Source of the DNA: Octopus vulgaris
Lineage: Eukaryota
Direction of reading: 5' to 3'
Length of the DNA stretch: 64,000 nt
Assembly (NCBI GenBank): GCA_951406725.2
Contig: OX597815.1
Location: forward strand, 180,048,001-180,112,000
Both the position numbers and the translations under genes were made by a program. The notes under the pieces were generated by a model. That model did not search any database, was not told the origin of the DNA, and saw only the letters and a list, made by a program, of their open reading frames with translations. Every line of letters starts with the position of its first letter. Within the stretch, counting starts at the first letter, position 1. Below are positions 51,571-64,000 of the stretch, piece by piece.

Positions 51571-53016
51571 ACAGATCCTATATTTGGCCGAAATGTTAGT
51601 AATACAGAGGGTCAATTCGATCAAATATAATCCACCTTTTAATCAACTTTGAGCTAGCTAATACAAGAAACAAAATAATTTTATTGCAAACCACACAGAC
51701 AAAAATTCAATATTTTATCCAGAAATATTAACAACATTGACAGGAAGAAATATGTTCAAGAGTAAATCAGAAATGAATTTACATAAATTTTGTAATACAG
51801 AATTATTTTTACTTATGTAAAAGAGTGAATATCACCAACTTTCACCTATTTATATCTGTCCTGTTTCCTCTTTGATTTATTTCCCTGCCAAATGCCAGGC
51901 TACATCATAAAATTCAACAAACTAAACTCAGTTGAGTTTATCCGTCATCATTTTTCTATGTTAATCCCAATTTCCATACATCAGACTTACTCCTTCCTAA
52001 ATCTATATATATAGGGAGAGTTTATGAAAAAAATCAAAAGACAAAGACAGGTGTTGTACAAAACAAACAGATGTATTAGTATAACGCTCAGGAATAGAAA
52101 AAGTCTTTTACATTTCGAGCCTATGCTCTTAGATATACACACATATATATATATATATATGCACATACATACATAAATATATATATAATCATCATTTAAC
52201 ATCCGTTTTCCATGCTAGCATGGGTTGGATGGTATATATATATATATATATATATAATATACTATGGAACTGGAACTTTGTGTGGGCCCTGGCCATGCCA
52301 ATTCCTTTCAAACCCTCTGGCCCTTACCAGCATAGAAAAAAGATGTTAAATGTTGATAATGGTGATGATGATATATACATATGTATATATACAGTATATA
52401 CAAATATATATATTTAGATGCTTAGATAAGTTTCAGCCAGAATTGACTCAAGCCATGTCTAACTTAATAGCACCACCTGGAAAAGATATTTAAAGGTGTT
52501 TCATATTACAACTATTCTTTGGGCACCATAGCCCATTCAGGTAGAGTGTTATTGTTTGCAGAGATATATCCAAGGGGTCGGTGGTTTATCTGGAATTTGT
52601 TGGAGATATTTGACCAGGAGCCATTTGAGACCTTTTTCTTCTCTTACAAGTTTTGGTATGATGTTCCAGAGAGCAGAACCAATTGAGAAGAACTAGTTCT
52701 GTCTTATTATTGGATGAAATGCATAGTGGTATTTCACCTGTTGCTACATTCGGAGTTCAAATTCTGCCAAGGTCAACTTTGCCTTTAGTCCTTTCAGTGT
52801 TGATAAATTAAGTACCAGTGATATACTGGGGTCAGTGTAAATGACTCATCCCCTCCCCCAAAATGGCAAAATTTGAAACCATTATTGCTATTGTTGATGA
52901 CGACTCATTGCTGAAAATTACTAATAATTTTACATAGACAATACTCATCAAATCCACCCATGCCCTTCTACACTTGCATGCCTAAGAGGTTTTTTTTTTT
53001 TTGTAATTTCAAGAGA

Positions 53017-53441
53017 CAGGAGTGGCTGTGTGGTAAGTAGCTTGCTAACCAACCACATGGTTCCGGGTTCAGTCCCACTGCGTGGCATCTTGGGTAAGTG
53101 TCTTCTGCTATAGCCCCGGGCCAACCAATGCCTTGTGAGTGGATTTGGTAGACAGAAACTGAAAGAAGCCTGTCGTATATATGTATATGTATATATATGT
53201 ATGTGTATATATATGTATGTGTGTGTTTGTGTGTCTGTGTTTGTTACCCCTAGCATTGCTTCACAACCGATGCTGGTGTGTTTACGTCCCTGTCACTTAG
53301 CGGTTCGGCACAAGAGACCGATAGAATAAGTACTGGGCTTACAAAGAATAAGTCGCGGGGTCGATTGCTCGACTAAAGGCGGTGCTCCAGCATGGCCGCA
53401 GTCAAATGACTGAAACAAGTAAAAGAGTAAAAGAGTAAAGA
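53017..53441 (+). mobile_element. SINE family B, full length
   Basis: matches family pattern. Confidence 0.87.
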
Positions 53442-54194
53442 GAGAGACGACCAAACATAATCCTTAGAATTTATAGAACATTTCCAATTCTATGATACAG
53501 TGTGTAGCTTAAAACATGAATTTCTCTTTGCTTTCTTTTTTTTGGAAGTAATTAATGCAGAATTTATTTCATCGTTATTTTTATCATTCAACTAAAGTCA
53601 ATTTTTGCATGTTAACACAGGTCAGATGCTTATCAATGTGCGTACATCACAGCAGCTGTGCAAATAGGTGCAGGCGGTGGGGGGGGGAGAAGAAGAAGCG
53701 GAGAAGATAATGGATATTGAAAGATAACGAACACATTCATAACAGGAAATATTATAAACACAGACAACTAAATGTCTTTTATCTTTTATCTCTTGCTTGT
53801 TCCACTCAGACTATGGCCATGCTGGAGTGCAGCTTTGGAGCATTTTAGTTGAATAAATCAACTTTTTTGTATATTTTTTAATGGTACTTATTCTATCAGT
53901 CTCTTTTGACAAACTGTTACAGGGATGGAGATATTCCAATATTGGTTGTCAAGTGGTGCAAGGGGGAACAGACACAAACACACATATGTATATATACAAT
54001 GGTCTTCTTCCGGTTTCTGTGTCCCAAATCCACTCATAACGCTTTAGTAGGCCTGAAGCTATAGGGCTTACAGAAGAAGACACTTGCCCAAAGTGCCATG
54101 CAGTGGGACTGAACCTGGAGGCATGTGGTTGGAAAGCAAGTTTCTTACCACAATCATATCATAGCAAGAAAAATCACAATATATCCAAAACGAA

Positions 54195-54410
54195 AGGCAG
54201 TGAGCCGGCAGAAACGTTAGCACGCTGAGCAAAATGCTTAGCAGTATTTCGTCTGTCTTTACGTTTTGAGTTCAAATTCTGCTGAGGTTGACTTTGCCTT
54301 TCATCCTTTCATGGTCGATAAATTAAGTACCAGTTGTGTAGTGGGGTCAATCTAATCGACTGGCCCTCTCCCTAAAAATTTTGGGCCTTCTGCCTAGAGT
54401 AGAGAAGAAT
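54195..54410 (+). mobile_element. SINE family C
   Basis: head, core and tail present. Confidence 0.82.
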
Positions 54411-55216
54411 ATATCTAAAATGAATGAATACAAACAACCGTAATTTATAAAATTTTTTTTGTTTTGCTTCGTCAGATTAATTGCATTTTGAAAATTATTA
54501 TTAACCAAACAAAAACAGAATCAAACCTCAAGCAGAATTTTTATCTGGAGTATTTTATCTGTCATTTAATCCATTTGATGTCAATTTTAGAATCAGAAGG
54601 AAGAAAAAAAAATGCAAAGGAAGAAAATCTTGGATTTGTTGAAAAAATAAAAGAAAAAAAAAGGAAAAGAAAAAGGAAAAACACAAGAGAAGCCTTTGTT
54701 AAAGAATTTAAGCAATAAAGATAGAAATCATAAACATTCAAGAATGTAGCAAATTTAATTATTCATTGTGTTTAATGAAAAAAAAATATTGAAAACTAAA
54801 CAAAAAAGTCAACAAAATAACAACAACAAAAACTGGTTCATTGACTAACTTATATAATTAATTGAATTCAATGATAAGGTATAAGAACTGTAACAGTGAA
54901 TTAAAATGATAAGACATGTGAACTCTAATAGCTAAAAAACCAGTTTTCCATTTTTGTTAGGTTTCTTTAAATGAAAGATTCTCAATTGTTTCAGAAATGC
55001 AAAGTGGATTAGAAAAAAAAAAAGCTAAGACGAACAATAAATTCCAGTTAAGTATTTTGAATAAATAGATTAATGGTGGGTCTTATGGAATATATAAATG
55101 CTTTCTGATCATTTCAATATCTGCCTCCTGTCAGAGCAATTTTTCTATGACTGGAGTTTTTATTTCTACCAAGAATCCTTTCAAAACATAATACCATTTT
55201 TTGCAATTTAATCACA

Positions 55217-55562
55217 ATCATCATCATCATCATTGTTTAACGTCCATTATCCATGCTGGCATGGGTCGGACAGTTTGACTGGGCTGGCATGCTGGAAGGC
55301 TGTACCAGACACCAATCTGATTTGGCATGGTTTTCTACAGCTGGATGCCCTTCCTAATGCCAACCACTCCGAGAGTGTAATGGGTGCTTTTACATGCCAC
55401 CGGCACAGGTGCCAATTTGCTTGACACTGGTATCTGCCATGACTGTGGTCTTGCTCAGCTTGATGGGTCTTCTCAAACACGACATAATACCAAAGGTCTT
55501 GGTCATTGCTTCTGTGATGCCCAGCACTTGAAAGGAACTTAGCCACTTTGCCTCCATGAGGT
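55217..55562 (-). mobile_element. RTE 3' fragment
   Basis: (CAT)n end, UTR motifs and ORF-end relic LGITEAMTK. Confidence 0.75.
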
Positions 55563-55912
55563 CCAATAGTAATAATAATAATAACAGCAATATATATATA
55601 AGGTTTCACTTCCACACACAGCAGCTTAATTTAATTTGTTCTAAGTCGAAAGACACCTGTTGTTAATGTCCTGTTATATGCATACCATTTCTCCATTTTC
55701 TTTTTCTGTCCTTGATTTTGTATACATTCACTGCTTTCTTACAAGGAATCTAGTGTTCTTGGCTTAGTTTTTCCTTGGAAGTATAACCAACCAAAATTGC
55801 AAAGATAATCTGGAAGTTGACTGAGGAATGAAAACCCATCCTTGTTTTTTCTTGTTCCTTTTTTGTATCATCTGTCTGGATGTTTTGCGTTCTTGTCCCA
55901 TTTTTTGTATTC

Positions 55913-55974
<62 letters not shown>

Positions 55975-56221
55975 TATATATTATATATATATACAGCTTT
56001 TATTCTTTTACTTGTTTTTAGTCATGAGACTGTGGCCCTGCTGGAGCACCACCTTGAAGAATTTTAGTTGAATGAATTGACCCCAGGGTGTTTTTCTTAT
56101 TTTTATTCTATCAGTCTCTTTTGCTAAACTGCTAAGTAATAGGGATATAAACACACCAACACCGGTTAGTTGTTAAGCATTTCGCCCAACATGCTAATGG
56201 TTCCTTTATCTCACTGCCTTC

Positions 56222-56263
<42 letters not shown>

Positions 56264-56379
56264 TGGTGAAGAGGAGAGGGAGGGGGAGGATATTCTAAAA
56301 AGAATAAAATAATTCAGACACAGCTGAAGTGAGATGAAGACACCCAAAATAATTGGACAGAGAGAGAGACTGGAAGACA

Positions 56380-56783
56380 TTTGGAACAGAAGACGCTCGA
56401 CCTTTATTCTCTAGAAAAAGACAATGCTGTGGTGATCTCATTCTTGCTCACAACATCATAAGCGGAAAGTGTAACCTCTCGAAAGAGCTGTTCTTCACTC
56501 CTGCTCCAGAGCGTCGGCTGCGGGGTCACTCCGAAAAGCTCTATCTGCGATGATTTCATCTCAATCGAAGGAGAGGGGCTTTCTCCGTCGGGGTTGTGGA
56601 TCCGTGGAATAAGCTGCCAGACAAGATAGTGAAGATGCCGACAACCGCTCGGATCAAAGTCTCTCTTGACCAGAAATGGCCTGAACTCTTTGCATGAACA
56701 CCCTCCCTGTACATAACTCCATGTCCCCCTACATGGCCTTGCTTTTTGCTTTTTGAGCCAAAAAATTAACTTAACTTAACTTA
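56380..56783 (+). mobile_element. CR1-type LINE 3' fragment with (TTAAC)n tail
   Basis: GDLI...FF......LRGHSEKL......R..FS..VV..WN.LP motif; in-frame stop. Confidence 0.8.
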
Positions 56784-57486
56784 TATGTGGAAAATAATTT
56801 TGGTTAAGGTTCATGCAGAGATTGATTTCATTGGAAACACACTAAAGAAAGAAATGATTTACAAAGTAGCAACACACCAAAAATGCAATAAAACTGTGTT
56901 GCTAAGACTGCTTCAGTTTTCTCAATGATACTGTAAACAATTTTGGTTTTGCGTATCACAGTTGATATTGCGAAAAAAGGAAGTAAATATTTTGGAAATA
57001 TGTTTTTCCATCTGTCAGTAACGACAGCGAGAGACAATTGATTACCCAAAACAAATTGACTGTTAGCTTCAATATTTGATCAATTAAAAACGAATTCTAT
57101 CTTTGCTTTCTGAAATCTACTCCTGATTCTAAATGTTTCATGAATAACAATGATACAGCATTGCAGACACAATTTTCGATTGAGTTTGTTTATTTTCCTC
57201 TTTATGTATTTATTGAATTTTCCCAGAGATAACCAAAAGCTAGTTACCATTGTCAGTTTCCTCAAAAATGGAATTGCAAGCCAATGCAAGACAACGATGG
57301 AATAATGACAACGGCTTATCAATAAAGCAATTCTGATAATGATATTTTGACAGCGAACATTGCAGAGGAATTAGAGTTGGATAGAATATCTTGCCATTGC
57401 TTTGGCACTCTGCACACTGAGTTCAAATTCTGCTGAAGTCGAATCTGCTTTTCTTCCTTCCAGGATCATAAAGTACCAGTGAAGTA

Positions 57487-57821
57487 AAGGGGTAAAGACC
57501 CCCTTCGGTCATGAATGACCATGGGATTGCACCTAGAAAGTTACCCTCCTAGACACAAGTCCGGGCAAGGTTGTTTATGGAAGACCAGCAGTTGCCCATG
57601 CATACCAGCCTCCCCTCTCCACGCCACCAGTGTTATCCAAGGGAAAGACAAAGATCGATACAGCTTGGCACCAGTGACGTCGCAACTCATTTCTACAGCT
57701 GAGTGAACTGGAAATAAAGTGCCTTGCTCAAGAACACAACACGCAGCCCGGTCCGGGATTCGAGCTCACAACCTCACGATCGTAAGCTCGATGCTCTAAC
57801 CACTGAGCCATGTGCCTTCAC
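57487..57821 (-). mobile_element. tRNA-derived SINE family E, full length, inserted in a family C copy
   Basis: minus head GTGAAGGCACATGGCTCAGTGGTTAGAGC...CTCGAATCCC; flanking duplication ACCAGTGAAGTA at 57475 and 57820. Confidence 0.82.
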
Positions 57822-58799
57822 CAGTGAAGTACTGAGATTGATTTCGTTCTCTCTATTATTCTCAGAATTGGTCATGTCACACCATGTGAAAAGTTGTAAC
57901 TCCTTCTACAGAACTGGGAAAGGTTTGAGCAAGGGGCTAGCAATCTTTTCTGATGACAAAAACTGATCTGCTGGAATTGTCCAAGGATGGACAGATGAGA
58001 AATTCGGTACAGAATAGAGATAAAAAGAATATCATTTAATTTAGTCTTAAAAATGATTGTCGTATGAAAATATGGAAGAAGAATTAATGAAAACTGTTTT
58101 TAGAATTTTCTCTCAAACATGTGGAAGTAGATTATGACATTTAGAGAGGGAGGGGGAGAAATTGCACAAAACAGTCATTTTGCATTGTCTCACCTGCCAG
58201 GCAGACAACCAGACAGCTTGTGTGTCAGCAAAGAGGATGAGGAGCAGAAATTTTTGCTGAGTCCTGAAGAACTGTTTTTGTATTTCTTCTTTTGATGACA
58301 GGTGGCAGGATTTGATCTTGGAATGCACCGAGCCAGAACAGATATTACAACATATCTCACCTAACAGTTCCACCTAGGCCCCACCACCACCACCATCAAC
58401 ACCACTACCACAACTGGCCTGGTATTCTATTTATCAACACTTAAAAGGACAAAAGGTAAAGATGGCCTCAGTGGGATTTGAACTCAGAGCATATGGGTCC
58501 AAAACAAATGTTGCAATATATTCTGTCTGATACTCTAATGACTCTGCCAGGCTGCCATGTAACTGAAACAATCTAGTTATGCTATCCTTCAAGTAAACTG
58601 AGCAAGAAGTATAAACAAGCAGAATGAAGAATTTGCAGGTGGATGAAGATGTTAACGAACTCACACCAACCAACACACACATCCACATTCACATTTGCTC
58701 TCTCACTCTCTCTCTCTCTCCCCCTCTCTCTCTCTCCCTCTCTCTCTCTCTCACACACACATACACATGCACACTCATGAATACAAGTGAAAGAAATAA

Positions 58800-59090
58800 A
58801 TATTCTTTTCTACTCTAGGCACAAGGCCAGAAATTTTGGGGGATTATATTGACCCCAGTACGCAACTGGTACTTAATTTATTGACCCCGAAAGGATGAAA
58901 GGCAAAGTCGACCTCGGCAGAATTTGAACTCAGGATGTAGAAATACTGCTAAGCATTTTGCCTGGCATGCTAACATTTCTGCCAGCTTGCCGCCTTGTAA
59001 GAAATAAATATTCTTTTCTATTCTAGGCACAAGGCCCGAAATTTTGGGAGAGGAGACCAGTCGATTAGATCAACCCTAGTACGCAACTGG
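58800..59090 (-). mobile_element. SINE family C copies
   Basis: reverse-complement core and tail. Confidence 0.78.
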
Positions 59091-60519
59091 GGCTGTAAGA
59101 AACAAATATTAAAAGGTTCAATAGAAATATCCTAGCACCAACATATCTATGAAACCCTAAAATTTATATTCATAAACCTTAGGATAAAAAATAATACTTA
59201 TAAAGACTTGAGTCACCGAGGGATCTTCCACTTGGTTACTGGAAGAAGCCTGTCACATGTGTGTGTGTGTGTGTGTCCACCACCACTGCTTGACAACCGG
59301 TGTTGGTTCATTTACAGCCCTGTAACTCAGCAAACGAGACCGATAGAATAAATACCTGGCTTAAAAAACAAGTCTTGGAGTCGATCCATTCGACCAAAAT
59401 TTCTTCAAGGTGGTGCCCCAGCAAGGCCACAGTCTAATGACTGAAACAAGTGAAAGATAAAACACATCCAAATTCTCACAATGAGTTAGTACGATGTCTT
59501 TACTCTAAACTCTATACAGCATATTCAATTCAATACAGAATTGATGTACCAAGTCGTTGTTCACTGTACAGCCCTTTTATTAATCTTGCCAAGCATAAGC
59601 TTATGCAAGGATAATGAAAATGCTCTCAACCATATGATATCAGATTGGGAAATGATGCAGGACGAATAACATAATATACTTTAGTGTTAATAAGGAAATA
59701 TAGGATAATTTCCTACAGGGTGCTCAATAGTTTCAGGGGATTTTGTTTTTTGCTGGGTTTTTTTTTTTGCTGTTTTTTTTTTTTTTTCTTCAGCTATCTT
59801 ATCATTATGTCTATTTTCATTTTAATATACATGAATATAGTCTTGAAATAATTAAGATATTAAGTTAATCACATTATTTTTAATGCAACACCAAAACAAA
59901 AGCTTGAAATGTTTAGTTATTTAAAAATACATTTTACGGTTGATTTAGGTGTATTTTCAGAAAAGTTAGAGATTATCTGAGTTTTAAAATAAATTTAATA
60001 CTTATAAATAGAAATTACAACGAAACTATGGCGAAAGAAATATTTTAGAGCAGGTCTCTCATTTTATTTGTTTCTTTGGAATTGTACATGTTAACGACAC
60101 AATTAAAATATGATGTCATCATTCATCATTTTAACATCCACGTTTACATGCCTGCATGGGTTAGTGGGGTTTATTGAAGCAGGGTCCAAGCAAAACAATA
60201 TTTCCCATGGTGTAAGGTGGCAAGTTGGCAGACTCCTTAGCATGTTGGGCAAAATGATTACAGCTTTTTTGATCTGTGTTTATGTTCTGAGTTCAAATTC
60301 CGCCAAAGTTGACTTTGCCTTTCATCTGTTCAGAGTTGATAAAAATAAATACTAGTTGACCACTGGCAGTGATATAATCAACTGACCGTTTACCCCGAAA
60401 TTGCTGGCCTTGTGCCAAAATTTTAAACCAATACGATCCCATGGCCAGACACATTTTCACAGAATATTGGAAATAAATGATTAATCATTCATAACAGACA
60501 TACAATATCAAGATAAGGA

Positions 60520-60700
60520 CACACGTGCACACACACACACATATGCATGCACACACACACACATATGCATGCACACACACATGCATGCACACACACATGC
60601 ATACACACACAAACACACTAACACACGTGCATGTACACACACACACATGCGCATGTACACATACACACACATGCGTATGCACACACACACACACACATAC
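60520..60700. repeat. (CA)n/(CATG) compound microsatellite
   Basis: direct inspection. Confidence 0.93.
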
Positions 60701-61254
60701 CAAGGTTGGATAAAATAATGAAAATACTTGGGGAAATATTGAGAATCAACCAACCGTATGAGAATGCAAGTATAATCCAAATTTAATGAACAACACCAAC
60801 TGGAAATTTGACATAACTTTAGGAAATTCTTGGAAATTTTTGAAAATTCACGAAAATTCTTGAAGCCATTGTTTAAACTTCCTTTAGAGAAGAGAATAGG
60901 AAGTGGTACTTAAGAGAGCATTGTAAATAATGGCCCTCGTTAAATAAAAATCAGCAAAGATTGAAGACAAATATGGACTTAAGGGAGAATTTCTTAGTAA
61001 AGCCAAAATAAATAAAAGTCAATTATGTTCCTATAATTAATAAGGTGGCAATTAAATTTAATTTTATTATATTATTCAGGCATAATGTCTTTAGAGAAAA
61101 CTAATTGAGAAGTGTTAGAAAGATGTCTCTACATATAAAATGTCAAATCAACTATGAAAGAGTTGATTAGAATTTCATTCAACAGGTCTGCTATCTCTAA
61201 AAACTAATCTATCATGATTCCTCAAAGTATTCTGCATGACATGACAAGGTTGTT

Positions 61255-61560
61255 TTGTTTGTTCCTTCTCAAGCCATGCCTGGCTCATAAGGGCCAGTTT
61301 CCCGGTTTCCTTGGCATATAGGTTCCCCACCTGGACGGGACGCTGGTCTGTCGCAGGTGAGCTACAAGATGCAGGAGGAAAGAGTGAGAGAAAGTTGTGG
61401 CGAAAGAGTCAGCAGAAATTTTGCCATTACCTTCTGCTGGAGCCACGTGGAGTTTAGGTGTTTCACTCATAAACACACACATCACCCGGTCTGAGATTCG
61501 AACCCGCGATCATTCGACCGCGAGTCCACTGCTCTAACTGATAGGCCATGTGCCTCCACA
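61255..61560 (-). mobile_element. SINE family D
   Basis: reverse complement of 50186-50481. Confidence 0.83.
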
Positions 61561-63081
61561 CATGACAAGGTGCTGAGCTTCTAACCAAAGTGAGTTCAGA
61601 AATGATAGTACTCCTTATGCTGTTACACTAAGCAAGTTACAGAAGTCTACCTGTTTCAGTCTAGCTTCTAATTTATGACCAAGGGGTTAACAGTAAAAAA
61701 AAGGGGGGTGTCTGCATGACAACACAATGGCTATCTTGGCTAGAATAAAAAACTGGAAGTAAAACAATAAAAAAATAGTTCTTAATTGAAAAATATCTTT
61801 TTTTAAAATTTTTTATTTTATCTAATTTCAGCTCATGAGCTGTGGCCATTACACAAGAGGTGCAGGCATGGCTGTGTGTTAAGAAGCTTGCTTCCCAACC
61901 ATATGGTTCCATGTTCAGTCCCACTGCATGGTGCCTTAGATAAGTGTCTTCTACAATAGCTTTAGGCCAATCAAAGCTTTTGAGTTGATTTTGTAGATGG
62001 AAACTGAAAGAAGCCCATTATAGATATGTGACAGTCTGTGTCTGAGTTTTTGTGTTTGTACCCCAGCAGCATTTAACAATGGGTCTTCGTGTATTTATGT
62101 TTCTGTAACTTAGGGGTTTGGCAAAACAGACCAATAGAATAAGTGAATAAGTATTAGGTTTTACAAAATGATTATTAAGTACTGGAGTCAATTCGTTCAG
62201 CTAAAATTCTTCAAGGTCACAGTCTAATGACTGAAACAAGTAAATGATCAGACATAAACGATAATAAATTTGCCAAACTGTAACCTCTCAGGCACTTAAA
62301 AAGAGATACAAACGAAAGAAAACGAAACACCATATTTAAATCCATTTCTACTCAAGCTGACACATGTACAAGAACGTATTATCAGAAATTTATTTATGTC
62401 TTATATGACAGGAAAAGTTTCTTAAAAAACATGAATACCAAAGGAAGTGTGAAATGTCTGAGTTTCCAAAGAACTTCGAAATACCAACGATTAGCAAAAG
62501 GAGTTATTTATTGTTGGAGTTTGTGGTCAAATTTCAAAATACAAAGCTCTCATGAATCATTCTAGATCTTACAGTTGGTATATTTATTACCTCTTATAAA
62601 TAACTGTCATACCTAAACTATATTGATTTAGCTGTACATTAACAAGATACGGCTCTAGTCAAATACACAAAGACAATATGAAAATGATGATTTACAGCAT
62701 CTCAAACAGTTTTCCTCATTTTTGCCTTTCTTTTCTATATTTCTTACTTTGTTTAATTCTTAGAACCAAGTGCGGAATAAAAAGATGAATGACCAAATGA
62801 ATAAATAAATGTCAATAGCAGAACTGCAAGAAGCAATTTGGGAGTCTTCAAATACAGACAGACTTCTTAACCATTTAGCATCCAGATTGTTCTACTAAAG
62901 GTAAAACTTATTTATTCCCGTTGTTTTGAATTAATCTTGCAGCTTTGAGATTTTGGTGATGTGATTGTCTATTTTTAGAACGACATTGCAGGGGGAGGTG
63001 TGAGGGGCCAGATCAGGCTGCTTTGAACATAAAACAGCTGGAATAATATTTTGGCAGGATATGGCTGATTCCACAGTTAAA

Positions 63082-63115
63082 CAGTTCTATATTTAAGAGA
63101 TGAGGAATTATGTAG

Positions 63116-63149
<34 letters not shown>

Positions 63150-63580
63150 TCACTGCCTGGAATCGAACTCGGAATCTTGGGGTTAGTAGCCCATGCTCTA
63201 AACCACTATGTCATATGCCCATGGGCATATGGCATAGTGGATAATAATATAATGATAATAATGTCAAAAAATACCTTAGTAATGAGAACCCAGGTTCGAA
63301 ATTTCCCCAAGACACCTGATGAAGGCTGGAGAGTATATCAGCCAAAATGTTGTGTTAACAACAAACAAGATGTAAATAATGTACATAATTCCTCATCTCT
63401 TAAATATAGAACTGAATAATAATAATAACATCGAAAAATACCTTAGGCATGAGAACCCAGGTTTGAAATTTCCCCAAGACACTTGGTGAAGGCTGGAGGG
63501 TATATCAGCCGAAATGTTGTGTTAACAACAAACAAGATGAGGACAAATATCCGTCAAATGAAAATAATGTAAATAATGTT
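63082..63580. mobile_element. head-to-head plus tandem cluster of the tRNA-headed HHR element
   Basis: minus copy 63082-63220 (head+AAT+tail, no body); plus copy 63223-63414; second body 63428-63580; HHR motifs 63311-63356 and 63478-63523. Confidence 0.82.
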
Positions 63581-63814
63581 CAAATGTTAAAAGATTAAAG
63601 TCTCCTGGTTTGCAAAGTCACTGTCTTGAATTAGTTATCAATAAATACAAGAAAATTCTGCTAATTTCGGTAATGTATTCAGGCTTACAAAATTTATTGA
63701 CAGTAATAAAATTTAGTGAAAATAAACAACTTAAAGAAACGTTGAAAAACAAAACTCAAACAATTTTAAAATACACTATAAAAAGAAAGACACGATAGAA
63801 TAAATGAATGTTAG

Positions 63815-63975
63815 ATGCAGGAGTGGTTGGTTTGCTTCTTAGCCACATGGTTTTGAGTTCAGTCCCACAGTGTGGCGGCACACTGGGCAGGTGTCTTCTG
63901 TTATAGCCTTGGGTCAACCAAAGCCTTGTGAGTGGATTTGGTAGACAGAAACTGAAAGAAGCCTGTCGTATATAT
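63815..63975 (+). mobile_element. SINE family B 5' half (runs off window)
   Basis: matches family pattern. Confidence 0.75.
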
Positions 63976-64000
63976 GTGTGTATATATATATATATATATA

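Noticed and set aside
55600-55916. TA-flanked segment with CTGAGGA, possibly another HHR-family element
   Set aside because: The GAAA half and stems cannot be identified in this copy
56830-57380. Repeat-free stretches (also ~40030-40190 and ~45000-45300) as possible conserved non-coding elements or exons
   Set aside because: No evidence available from sequence alone; needs cross-species alignment or RNA-seq

Overview
AT-rich, repeat-saturated eukaryotic (animal) DNA with no convincing host exon. The repeat families look like those of cephalopods, probably Octopus; this is from recognition, not a search. Coding sequence is confined to retroelements: a 5'-truncated RTE LINE (866-3841, minus; endonuclease tail plus RT, one frameshift, a PHD-like finger inside the RT region), a 5'-truncated CR1-type RT (24877-26090), short CR1, RTE and R4/Dong 3' fragments, and a decayed inverted pair of Penelope-like GIY-YIG relics (~45640-46480). 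The rest is dozens of tRNA-derived SINE copies, RTE 3'-UTR fragments, MITEs (hAT-like and TTAA-flanked), a non-autonomous Helitron and long (TA)n/(CA)n microsatellites. The most notable signal is that several unrelated short repeat families carry minimal type-I hammerhead ribozyme (HHR) motifs (CUGAnGA-stem II-GAAA-palindrome-UH), often as fold-back inverted pairs and often inside (TA)n. One of them is a tRNA-headed (Pol III) SINE-like element carrying an HHR (6176-6415; 63082-63580). This points to a Penelope-mobilised, ribozyme-bearing set of non-autonomous elements. Most individual copies have core mutations, so activity is inferred only for the consensus. Coordinates were read by eye and repeat boundaries are approximate.
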